A stretch of DNA of 64,000 nt from Candidatus Multivoradales bacterium (GTDB taxonomy: Bacteria; Acidobacteriota; Thermoanaerobaculia; Multivoradales; Multivoraceae): positions 1,568,001 through 1,632,000 of the forward strand of contig CBDCWI010000001.1 in the NCBI GenBank assembly GCA_965223325.1. The letters run 5' to 3'. How positions within the stretch are numbered: position 1 is the stretch's first letter; every line of letters begins with the position of its first letter. Shown here piece after piece: positions 38,768 through 47,821 of this stretch. Both the position numbers and the translations under genes were made by a program. The notes under the pieces are model-generated. The model saw only the letters and a program-made list of their open reading frames with translations. It was not told the origin of the DNA and did not search any database.

Positions 38768-41700
38768 ATGAAACATTCAAGTCTTCGATCGATCCGTTTC
38801 TCCGCCGCGCTTTCTGTCGGAGTCGCGCTCCTCGCCGCTCTCGCCTTGCCGCGCAGCACAGAGGCCGACGATCGCGATCTGCTTCGCAGTCGCAACAGTC
38901 GACCCTACGTCTTCGCGATCATCGACACCTCGTCGTCGATGAACCGTCGACCCATCGGCCCAACGGCAATCGCCAGCATCGACGACCCTCAGTCTCGCCT
39001 GTACCTGGCGAAGTCGGCGCTCTACGAAGTGGTCTCCGATGAAGAGCTTCAGCGCAACGCCATCTTCGGCTGGGCGCACTTCAACTACGAGAACTACTTC
39101 GCCAAACGCAAGCATTTCGTCTACACCCGCACCAGCGATTCGGCCGCGCCAGCCTGGTTCTCCGAGTTGCCCTGGCCGGTCCCGGGCGAACCGCTCTTCT
39201 TTGGCGATCCGGTTTCAATCGACGGCGGCGACGCCAACTACCGCAGTTGTTCGCTGCCCGACAACAACCAGAACGATAGCGATCGCCTGCGGCGTCTCAA
39301 CTACTTCCCGAAGCTGGGTTCAAGCTTCAACCAGCCGATGCAGATGGTTAGCTTCATCAACGGCAACGATTGGCAGATCAACCTCGGCGTTCCAACGTCG
39401 GGAACGATTGGCGCGCCCTCGGCAGACGGCCGGGTGAGTATTCCGGTCACGGTGATCAAAGGCTGCGCTGGAAGCCCCACCCCAGACCGCATCTTCACCG
39501 ACACCCTTGTCGTCGAACCACTCTTTGTCGACGCCGACGGTGACGGCAATCTGATTCCGGGTTTCGAAGCGCCGGGCGCTGGCGGGCCACTGCAGCTGCC
39601 AAGCAGCTTCGTCGCCAACCGTTTCAGCGGCCAGAACTTCGGCCTTGGCGGCCTCGATGATCGCTCTTCGATCAGCGCCTGCTCGTCGACGACCCAGCTT
39701 GATGTAACCGACGCGGCTGGTGTCCTGAGCTCCGATCTCTCCTATCCACGCTACGACGACCCACTCAACCGCGGCAATGCCTTCGCACGTGGCGACCTGA
39801 TCCCGTGGGACTGGGTCAACTACCAGAATCGCTTCGACGCCGACGGCGTCAAGATTCCGCCGCCGCCAGGGTTCGAGCGCACGGCCGCCGAAGAGATTCT
39901 GGCGCGCCTGGCTCCCAACACGGTGGTCGATGGTGAAGCGGTCCTCGACGCGGACGGCAAGAAGATTCCGGACTTCCGCGTCGCGCGCTACTTCGATCAC
40001 GACGCGCCGCTGATCGGGAACTACAAGATGCCGCTCAGATCCCAGTTCGCGAACAATCCACCGATTGCCGCCGGAGGCGGTACCCCGCTGGCCGGCGTGC
40101 TCGAGGACTTCGGCGAGTGGTTCGACGCATGGGAAGCGGTCGCCGAGCTCCCCGCCGCCGATGGCGGTGACCCGAACTACGAATGTCGCCAACGTTTTGT
40201 GATTCTGCTCACCGACGGCCAGGAGAGTTGCGGTGGCGACCCGGCAGCCGCCGCGTCTGCCCTGCTCGGGAAAAAGGTCAAGACCTTTGTCATCGGTTTC
40301 GGTGATGGCCTGACCGGTCGCCTCGACGACATCGCCGATGCAGGTGGCACGGGCTCCCATGACACCAACGGAAACGGTATTCCTGACTGCGCCGAGTACT
40401 TCCCCGAAGACGACGACAACAACGGTGTCGTCGACTGCGTCGAAGAGGGCGCTCCGGTTGCCGAAGACCGCGACGAACTGGTGCGGGTTCTCAAGCGGCT
40501 GGTCGGAGCGACCGGCGAACAGACCGGCGCAGCGACTTTCAGTGCCGGTGGCGTCCCAGCTCAGAACTCGTTCTCACCGTTCTCGGCCTACTTCGGAAAC
40601 TTCTTTCCCATCCAGGGGTCCTCGACCTGGCACGGCCGCGTCAGTCACTTCGTCAGGCCACTCTCCCAAGCCTTCCAGGCAGTCATCGATCCGTTGGCCG
40701 CCGATCGCTGCGAGGAGCGCAATGAACTCTTCTGCCTGGCCTGGGAGGCCAATTCGGTGATGCTCGGGCTCGACTCGGGCAACGATCAGGTACCCAGCCA
40801 GGCCGAGATCGACGCCGGTGACCTCCGCCTCGGTCTTCTCCCCAGCCAGCGCCGAGTCCTCTACACCATCGAGCCGGGTGTGGACGGTCGTGTTGGGCTG
40901 GCATCGCGGATGTTCGAACCTGCGACGGGTGCGGCCCTCCGCCTCGACCTGATCGACGGTCTGGGTTACCCGCTCAACGAGCCAGACGTCGACAGCAAGA
41001 TCGACAACGTAGTTGCCAGAACACTGGTCGAAAAGGCCTCACCGAACAGCTTCGTGGGTTCTCGAATCCTCGGTGACTCTCTGCACGCGCAATCGACTCT
41101 GGTCGGCGGTCCGTCGCGCACGTTGTACCTGCGCGACGAGGTACGAGACGAGGATCGCAGCGACGGGTACAAGGAGTTTTTCGACAAGCACCGCACCCGC
41201 CGCCGGATGCTCTACGTTCCAGCCAACGACGGCCAGATCCACGCCATCGATGCCGGTAACTTCTCAGAGGAACAAGCACCGCCCGACGAACCGCCGTACC
41301 GCACTCCGTTCGACCTCGGTACCGGACAGGAGGTCTTCTCCTACATTCCGCGCTTGATGCTGCCGCACGTGAGGCGACTCACCGAAACCACGGATCATGA
41401 GCTGGGAATCGACGACACGCCCGTGCGCGATGACTTCTTCATCGATCCCCGGCACGACGGCATTCCCACGGTAACCGAGCGCGAGTGGCGCACCGTTCTG
41501 GTGGGAGGCCTTCGCGAAGGCGGCTCGGGCTACTACGCGCTCGATGTCACCCAACCCGACAAGCTCGTTGAATCGAGCGAGAACCCGGACCTGCTGATCC
41601 CGCAGACCACCGCCAGCTACGTGCCGACCTGCATCACCAGCTACAACGAGGCCGACTGCGGCCCCGTCGAGTTCCCGAAGATGCTGTGGGAGTTCCAGGA

Positions 41701-42913
41701 TCTCGATGGCAATGGGGTACCCCGCGATGACGACGCCAACCAGGGCAACGATCTGGGCTTCACCTGGTCAACGCCCAACACCGGCCGTATTCGCGTCAAC
41801 ACCGGCACGGTAGCCGACCCGGTCATCGAGTCGCGCTACGTGGCGATCTTCGGTGGCGGCATGGATCCCCAGGACCCGCGAGTCGGGAACTTCATCTACA
41901 TCGTCGATATCGAAACCGGCAAGGCAATCTACAAACGCCCCGTCCTCGGTGCGGTCCCGAGCGCACCTGCCGCTGTCGACGCCGACCTCGACACCTATAT
42001 CGATACCGTCTACGTCGGAACTCTCGCCGGCTACATGTACAAGATCGATCTCTCCCGCCCGCAGCAGCTGCTCGCCGACGTGGGGGCTCCGATCATCAGC
42101 TCGCCGGCCTGGGATCCCTTCCCGATCTACGACACGACCGGCAAACAGGTCTTCATCCCGCCGGCAGTCGTCTATTCACGAGATCACAACGCCTATCTCT
42201 TGTCGTTTGGCACCGGGGATCGCGAGAACATTTTCGCGCGTGAGGAGCCTGGCATCGAGGGGCGCTACGTGACGCTTCTCGATACCTACACTCGACCGAT
42301 TGTCGGCGTACCCGCCGGCCAGAACGGCCCCGAGCACGACGACAAAGCCACTGACACGATGGTCCCGATCACCAACGAGACCAACCTGGTGTCCTTCAGC
42401 TCGACCGGCGGGGCGTCGTTGTCGCCCGACCTGATCTCAGGGGGCGGCTACGTCATCACTCTGGCCCAGCACGAGCGCCTCATCTCACGACCGTTCGCCC
42501 TTTCGGGGCTCCTGGTCTTCAGCACGTTCATTCCCGACACGACCGGCCCGGCTGGAGACAGCTGTGCGGGCGCCGGGTCGTCGAACGTCTACTCACTCTT
42601 GATCACCAACGGCAACGCGATCTCGGGCACCGACCGCTTTCGCACCGTCGACGGTTTCGTCTCGGCACCCTTCGGGTCACCTTCCAGTCGCCCCACCACC
42701 GACAAAGACCTCGGCGGAGAAGGTGCGGGAACGGCGGCCGAGCGAGCACGCATTGCCGACATACGCTCGACTCTGATGAGCCTGATGCCGGCGACATGTC
42801 GGTTCAACAACCTCAACATCGAGCTGCGGGCGGTGCGTTCGGACACCGGGTTCGAGTACGTTGCTGAGGTTCCGGTGTGCACGCAGGTGCGGAACTGGAA
42901 GGACGTGCTCTAG
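38768..42913 (+). CDS. pilY1: PilY1/PilC-like adhesin: signal peptide, VWA domain, C-terminal PilY1 beta-propeller
   Basis: IIDTSSSM...ILLTDGQESC...TFVIGFG (VWA); YVPANDGQIHAIDA, GQEVFSYIP, WRTVLVGGLREGG, YYALDVT, LGFTWSTP; C-terminal RNWKDVL; AGGAGG RBS. Confidence 0.82.
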   Translation: MKHSSLRSIRFSAALSVGVALLAALALPRSTEADDRDLLRSRNSRPYVFAIIDTSSSMNRRPIGPTAIASIDDPQSRLYLAKSALYEVVSDEELQRNAIFGWAHFNYENYFAKRKHFVYTRTSDSAAPAWFSELPWPVPGEPLFFGDPVSIDGGDANYRSCSLPDNNQNDSDRLRRLNYFPKLGSSFNQPMQMVSFINGNDWQINLGVPTSGTIGAPSADGRVSIPVTVIKGCAGSPTPDRIFTDTLVVEPLFVDADGDGNLIPGFEAPGAGGPLQLPSSFVANRFSGQNFGLGGLDDRSSISACSSTTQLDVTDAAGVLSSDLSYPRYDDPLNRGNAFARGDLIPWDWVNYQNRFDADGVKIPPPPGFERTAAEEILARLAPNTVVDGEAVLDADGKKIPDFRVARYFDHDAPLIGNYKMPLRSQFANNPPIAAGGGTPLAGVLEDFGEWFDAWEAVAELPAADGGDPNYECRQRFVILLTDGQESCGGDPAAAASALLGKKVKTFVIGFGDGLTGRLDDIADAGGTGSHDTNGNGIPDCAEYFPEDDDNNGVVDCVEEGAPVAEDRDELVRVLKRLVGATGEQTGAATFSAGGVPAQNSFSPFSAYFGNFFPIQGSSTWHGRVSHFVRPLSQAFQAVIDPLAADRCEERNELFCLAWEANSVMLGLDSGNDQVPSQAEIDAGDLRLGLLPSQRRVLYTIEPGVDGRVGLASRMFEPATGAALRLDLIDGLGYPLNEPDVDSKIDNVVARTLVEKASPNSFVGSRILGDSLHAQSTLVGGPSRTLYLRDEVRDEDRSDGYKEFFDKHRTRRRMLYVPANDGQIHAIDAGNFSEEQAPPDEPPYRTPFDLGTGQEVFSYIPRLMLPHVRRLTETTDHELGIDDTPVRDDFFIDPRHDGIPTVTEREWRTVLVGGLREGGSGYYALDVTQPDKLVESSENPDLLIPQTTASYVPTCITSYNEADCGPVEFPKMLWEFQDLDGNGVPRDDDANQGNDLGFTWSTPNTGRIRVNTGTVADPVIESRYVAIFGGGMDPQDPRVGNFIYIVDIETGKAIYKRPVLGAVPSAPAAVDADLDTYIDTVYVGTLAGYMYKIDLSRPQQLLADVGAPIISSPAWDPFPIYDTTGKQVFIPPAVVYSRDHNAYLLSFGTGDRENIFAREEPGIEGRYVTLLDTYTRPIVGVPAGQNGPEHDDKATDTMVPITNETNLVSFSSTGGASLSPDLISGGGYVITLAQHERLISRPFALSGLLVFSTFIPDTTGPAGDSCAGAGSSNVYSLLITNGNAISGTDRFRTVDGFVSAPFGSPSSRPTTDKDLGGEGAGTAAERARIADIRSTLMSLMPATCRFNNLNIELRAVRSDTGFEYVAEVPVCTQVRNWKDVL

Positions 42914-42947
42914 AAAACCCATGGTTCATACCATGGGTTTTCTAGAG
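42908..42947. repeat. Perfect 18-bp inverted repeat (REP-like hairpin) containing the pilY1 stop codon
   Basis: ctctagaaaacccatggt-tcat-accatgggttttctagag. Confidence 0.9.
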
Positions 42948-42962
42948 ATCACTCCTGCGGTG

Positions 42963-44872
42963 ATCGCGGTAGGAGCGCCGGTTGCCCGGCGCCCCCCGCA
43001 CAGATCCCAGCGTGCACTGCTAATGCACTGGGCTCCTGCCTCAGGTATTGACGACAAGTCGCTCATCAGGCCAGGGATGTTGGACTCGGGCTTTGGGTAG
43101 GTAGTGGGCCACCAGGGCCCACATCCGTTTCCAGGACGTGCGGTCTTTGTCACTGCGTCGGCGCAGAGCGCGCATCCAGTGCCGAATGACCTCCTGTCGA
43201 AAGGCGTTCAACGCCGCTGAGTTGCCGGGTACGCCGTAGTAGGCATTGAAGCCTCGCACCACGGATCCCAGCCAGAGACCTTGCTCTGGTAGCGGCGAGT
43301 GTCGGTGTCCCAGAAGGGCCGTACCGACAGCCTTCAGTGTCCTGCGGATTCGGTGGCGGCTCGTGATGCGCTTCAGCAAGAACCTCCCTCGACTAGACTG
43401 CGCACAGCAGTGCGTAAAGCCTAGAAACTCGAAGGTCTCCGGCCGCCCGAGACCTCGCGCGCGTCGGTTGTAGGCCGCAAAGCGGCCAAACTCCAGCAGG
43501 CGCGTCTTCTCGGGTTGGATCTCCAACGAGAAGTCACGGAGTCGCAGGTTCAGTTCCTCGAGGAATCGTTCTGCCTCCTCCTGCCTCTCAAATCCAACGA
43601 TGAAGTCATCCGCGTAGCGCACGAAGATCATGTCCCCAAGCGCGTTGCGTTTCCTCCACTGCTGGACCCAGAGATCGAGCACGTAGTGCAGGTACACGTT
43701 CCCGAGGAGAGGCGAAATCGTCGCCCCCTGAGGAGTCCCCCGCGTGCTCGCGTGCCACTTACCGTCTTCCATCACTCCGGACCTCAGCCATTTCTGGATG
43801 AGGCGAAGGATCCTACGGTCTCCGATACGGTGCTCGAGAAACTTCACCAGCCACTCGTGGTCCAGGGCATCGAAGAACCCACGAATGTCTGCGTCGAGCA
43901 CCCAGTTCACCTTCCGCTTTGTGATTCCAACGAATAGCGCATCCAAAGCATCGTGCTGGCTGCGGCCTCGCCTGAATCCGTATGAGTACCCGAGAAAGTC
44001 TTCCTCGTAGATCGCATCCAACACCGAGACGACGGCGCGCTGAAGGATCTTGTCCTCCAACGTGGCGATGCCAAGCGGTCGGAACCGCCCATCCGATTTC
44101 TCGATGTAGACGCGACGAGTCGCACTCGCCCGGTAGCTCCCACGGTGGACACGAGAGTGCAGGTCCTCGAGATTGCTCAGCAAAGATTCTGCGTACTCGC
44201 TCCATGACACTCCGTCCACTCCTGCCGCTGCGTCTCGGTGCAACACGTCAAATGCGCTCCGGAGTCGCTCGACCGTGATGTGGTGAAGAAGCGCTGTGAA
44301 CTTCACTTCCTTGCCCCTGCGGGCGGCTTCTCGTACACGGCCCAGCGCATTGCTCGCACTCTCCATCCGGCTCTGTGTCCGGGGTGCGTTTTGCTTGCCC
44401 GTGTTCCCCTTGGCCAGGCCCCTTCCCTCCACCGCCTCCGCCGCTGGTCTCCCACCGTTGTTCGACGACTTCGCAGGTACTACGGGCCTGTCTGACTTCC
44501 GCCATCCGTGCGTCATCGGCTTACGGCCTCTAGCCTTCCCGATGCGGACCAGATACCCAACTGGCCAGATCGCGGATCTCCCGGTTCTCGCGCATGGAGA
44601 TTCCACACATGCACAGGGTCTACGACCGCGGGGAGTCGCCGCAGAGCTCGCGATAGCGCGCTACGGAGTCTCGCCTTCCGCTTCGCTTGACAGCGTCGGC
44701 ACTCCCAAATTCTTATTTCGCGGCTCAATACCCGGCCTGTGTGTGCCCCTGTCAACGCTTCACCGCTCCCTCGCGGGAGCCGGCGCATGACTCGGGGACC
44801 CTCTGGGTCGCTACCCCTTCGAGGGTGGGACTCTCTCATTCCTTTCTCCATGCCGGTTTATCCCGGCGTATC
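42963..44872 (-). mobile_element. Group II intron (probably bacterial class E-like, no endonuclease domain), 1,910 nt
   Basis: DV/DVI GGAGCCCAGTGCATTAGCAGTGCACGCTGGGATCTGTGCGGGGGGCGCCGGGCAACCGGCGCTCCTACCGCGAT; boundaries fixed by comparison with the uninterrupted repeat site cctgcggtg|caagcggg; EBS1 CAAGCG at 44689-44684. Confidence 0.92.
43041..44516 (-). CDS. ltrA: Group II intron reverse transcriptase/maturase
   Basis: KFTALLHHI, AAGVDG, RPLGI..EDKILQ, YSYGFRRGR, VLDADIRGFFD, GTPQGATISPLL, RYADD, FEFLGF; the start may instead be the ATG at 44366. Confidence 0.95.
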   Translation of the reverse strand: MTHGWRKSDRPVVPAKSSNNGGRPAAEAVEGRGLAKGNTGKQNAPRTQSRMESASNALGRVREAARRGKEVKFTALLHHITVERLRSAFDVLHRDAAAGVDGVSWSEYAESLLSNLEDLHSRVHRGSYRASATRRVYIEKSDGRFRPLGIATLEDKILQRAVVSVLDAIYEEDFLGYSYGFRRGRSQHDALDALFVGITKRKVNWVLDADIRGFFDALDHEWLVKFLEHRIGDRRILRLIQKWLRSGVMEDGKWHASTRGTPQGATISPLLGNVYLHYVLDLWVQQWRKRNALGDMIFVRYADDFIVGFERQEEAERFLEELNLRLRDFSLEIQPEKTRLLEFGRFAAYNRRARGLGRPETFEFLGFTHCCAQSSRGRFLLKRITSRHRIRRTLKAVGTALLGHRHSPLPEQGLWLGSVVRGFNAYYGVPGNSAALNAFRQEVIRHWMRALRRRSDKDRTSWKRMWALVAHYLPKARVQHPWPDERLVVNT

Positions 44873-45273
44873 CAAGCGGGCCATCGCCTGGGCCGCGTGC
44901 GGCAGCGACCGCCCTGCTCATGCGATCGAGAACTGCCACGGATCGGGCGCGCACCGCGGATCCCGGGCTTCGATGAAGCGAGGTGGATGGGCGCGCCCGG
45001 CATCCTTAGCCTGACCGAAACCCATGCTGCATACCATGGGTTTTCTAGAGATCACTCCTGCGGTGCAAGCGGGCCATCGCCTGGGCCGCGTGCGGCAGCG
45101 ACCGCCCTGCTCATGCGATCGAGAACTGCCACGGATCGGGCGCGCACCGCGGATCCCGGGCTTCGATGAAGCGAGGTGGATGGGCGCGCCCGGCATCCTT
45201 AGCCTGACCGAAACCCATGGTGCATACCATGGGTTTCTCAAGATCACTCCTGCGGTGCCAGCGGGCCGTCGCC
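44873..45273. repeat. Tandem array of 193-bp structured units: 2 full units plus partial units, continuing at 42914-42962 across the intron
   Basis: Unit starts at 44873, 45066 and 45258; the two full units differ only in and just after the CCCATGG hairpin. Confidence 0.95.
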
Positions 45274-45292
45274 GTGCTCTCCGATTGAGCGC

Positions 45293-46426
45293 TCAGCCTA
45301 TGGCTGCCTTGAGTAGGTAGGCCACGGCCAGGCCGGCGTAGGTGCCTACTGCGTAGCCCAGGATTCCTACTGCCAGACCTGGTACGACCAGGTCGCGCCA
45401 GCCGCGGCTGCTGGCTAGGGCCATGGCGGTGGGGGGGCCGCCAATGGCTGCTTGTGAGGCCACTGAGAGGGTCTCTACGTCTAGCTTCATCACGCGGCCT
45501 AGTAGGTAGAGCACCAGGCCGTGGATGGCTACGACGGTCAGGGTGAACCACAGGATCGACCAGCCGACGACTCTGATCTCGGAGAGCCTCGACGAGATCC
45601 CGATGACTACGAAGAACAGGTGGAGAGCGATGTAGCCGAGGGCGAAGCCACCGTTCAGGTTTCTCGCCCATGGCAGGAAGCCCACGCACAGTGCCAGCGT
45701 GGTCAGGAACAGGACCTCGGGAACCGCGGGAAAGAGCGAGCCGAGCCAGGAGGCTGCGAGGACTACGGCCAGGCCCACGAGCAACAGGCTGAGAGCGTCC
45801 ATTGGTGACAGCCTGCCGAGCATCATCTCCGACTCGGGCGGTCGTTCGTTCGCGGAGGCTCCCGGTGCTTCGAGCTTTCTTTTTGGATAGTAGGCCGCCA
45901 GCCAGACAGGCAGTACGAGCGACATGCCAACCCACAGGCCAGTGGCTACGTTGTCGGCGGCGGTGGCGGCTGCGAACATGGACGGTGACAACTCGACGGC
46001 TCGCTCGACTGCCACGAAATTGAGGCTTCCACCACTGTAGGTACCGGTCATCACTCCGCCGAGTTTCCAGGTCTCGGCACCGAGCTCCCGGCCGAACGCG
46101 ACGACGGCGACGACCGCACCGACTGCGGTGGCGAAGACCGCCAGGCCAAACGCCTGGAGCATGCGCGGCCCCGTCGCGCGAAGGCGATCCAGCCGCAGCG
46201 ACAACAACAACCATACGATCGCAAGCGACACCAGCGGCCCTGAGATCACTTGATAGACCTTCGACTCGGCGGGTACCAGGCCGGCGTTCGAGAGCAACGC
46301 ACCGAAAACGATCGCCAAGAGCGGAGCACCCAACACGCGCAGACCCGCAAATCGCCCTTCGAGCCAGAACGACAAGGCGACAATGGCGACGATGAGCGCG
46401 AGGAGTGCTGTTGGATGGTCGAGCAT
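45293..46426 (-). CDS. DUF819 family membrane protein
   Basis: TGTYSGGSLNFVAV, AADN, VASQAAIGGPPTA, GYAVGTY. Confidence 0.85.
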   Translation of the reverse strand: MLDHPTALLALIVAIVALSFWLEGRFAGLRVLGAPLLAIVFGALLSNAGLVPAESKVYQVISGPLVSLAIVWLLLSLRLDRLRATGPRMLQAFGLAVFATAVGAVVAVVAFGRELGAETWKLGGVMTGTYSGGSLNFVAVERAVELSPSMFAAATAADNVATGLWVGMSLVLPVWLAAYYPKRKLEAPGASANERPPESEMMLGRLSPMDALSLLLVGLAVVLAASWLGSLFPAVPEVLFLTTLALCVGFLPWARNLNGGFALGYIALHLFFVVIGISSRLSEIRVVGWSILWFTLTVVAIHGLVLYLLGRVMKLDVETLSVASQAAIGGPPTAMALASSRGWRDLVVPGLAVGILGYAVGTYAGLAVAYLLKAAIG

Positions 46427-46595
46427 TGGCGGAGGTCTTCTGAGCGAGCCGTTCCCGGAACCGCGCCCATCGAGGGTGCAGGTGCAATGAAATGTTCACA
46501 GCGGCGGGCAGAAACCATGCACCCACCGGGACCGGGCCCGGCCCATGGGATGCACGGAGCGCGCTCTCCCGCCGTAGAACCCGCGAGTTGTCGGG

Positions 46596-47510
46596 ATGAA
46601 AGTGGTACCAATCTACCCCAAGGTCTCACTTCAACCGCGCATTGCCGTTCCTCGGCCTTCTATGCCAGCATCCATCGCCTGGCCTCAGGCCATCTCCCAG
46701 GCACTGCCGCCCATGACAGCCCCCGACAACGACACACCCCCGGCGCCAGCTGGCGCCCTGCCCACGGAAGTGGAGATAGCGGGTACGCCTGCGCCTCAAA
46801 CATCGGATTCAACGGAGCAGGAGGTCTCGCGCGGTGGCCGCCTGTGGGCCGACTGGGGGCGACCCTTCCTGATCATTGTGATCGTCATGAGCACCCTTCG
46901 CTCGACGGTGGCCGACTGGAATCACGTGCCAACGGGCTCGATGGAGCCGACGATCCTGGTTGGCGACCGCATCTTCGTCAACAAACTCGCCTACGACCTC
47001 AGGCTGCCATTCACGATGGTCCGCTTGACGCGCTGGCACTCACCGCAGCCTGGTGACCTGATCGTCTTTCGTTCGCCCAAGGACGGCCGGCGCGTGGTCA
47101 AGCGGGTCATCGGTCTGCCCGGCGATACCGTGAGCCTGCGATCCAACCGCCTTTCGGTCAACGACGAAGAGGCGCGCTACCAGCCGCTCGATGCCTCGAC
47201 GCTGCCCTACGTGGCCTCGGCATCACTCGACTTCTACGACTTCCAGACCGAGTCCTCGCGCGCTCTCGCGTCTCACCCGATCATGACCTCGCCACGGTTA
47301 CCGTCACAGGCGACCTTCGGGCCTGTCAAGGTGCCCGACGGTCACCTCTTTGTCCTCGGCGATAGCCGCGACGACAGTTTTGACTCGCGCTTCTTCGGCT
47401 TCGTCGAGAAGGATCGTGTGTTCGGCCGCGCACACGCCATCGCCCTCTCGGTTGATCCAACCGAAGGCTACAAGCCGCGTTGGGGGCGCTTCTTCCAGAC
47501 GCTCGACTAG
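46596..47510 (+). CDS. lepB: Signal peptidase I (start uncertain)
   Basis: VPTGSMEPTILVGDRIFVNK, VKRVIGLPGD, FVLGDSRDDSFDSRFFG. Confidence 0.9.
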   Translation: MKVVPIYPKVSLQPRIAVPRPSMPASIAWPQAISQALPPMTAPDNDTPPAPAGALPTEVEIAGTPAPQTSDSTEQEVSRGGRLWADWGRPFLIIVIVMSTLRSTVADWNHVPTGSMEPTILVGDRIFVNKLAYDLRLPFTMVRLTRWHSPQPGDLIVFRSPKDGRRVVKRVIGLPGDTVSLRSNRLSVNDEEARYQPLDASTLPYVASASLDFYDFQTESSRALASHPIMTSPRLPSQATFGPVKVPDGHLFVLGDSRDDSFDSRFFGFVEKDRVFGRAHAIALSVDPTEGYKPRWGRFFQTLD

Positions 47511-47548
47511 ACCCTCGCTCGACGAGACCCAAAGGGTCCGAGCAGGTT

Positions 47549-47758
47549 TCAGCGGGCAGCTTTGGGCATCACGATCCAGAGCAGCAGGTAGGCGAGCATG
47601 CCGGGAAACGCAGCCGACAGAACCGAGATGACAACGTAGAGCACTCGCACCCAGGTCGGGCTCCAGCCCAGCCATTCGGCCAGGCCACCACAAACGCCAC
47701 CCAGTAGGGCGTGCTTACGTGATCGGTGTAGTGGTCTATTCATCGTGGTCTCGCTCAA
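47549..47758 (-). CDS. PspC domain protein
   Basis: LHRSRKHALLGGVCGGLAEWLGWSPTWVR...AYLLLWIVMP. Confidence 0.88.
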   Translation of the reverse strand: MSETTMNRPLHRSRKHALLGGVCGGLAEWLGWSPTWVRVLYVVISVLSAAFPGMLAYLLLWIVMPKAAR

Positions 47759-47821
47759 GGACTCCTACCTCGCTTCTGGTCTCCGTTTTGGGTGCAGGCC
47801 GACCTACCCTGTGCCGGCCGG

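Noticed and set aside
44873-45273. CRISPR array or RT-Cas system next to the RT
   Set aside because: Units are 193 bp and nearly identical, with no unique spacers and no cas genes; the RT lies inside a complete group II intron
44687-45320. Small ORFs within the intron 5' region and the repeat array
   Set aside because: They arise from structured RNA or repeat sequence; the 193-bp period breaks the frame, and there is no RBS or motif support
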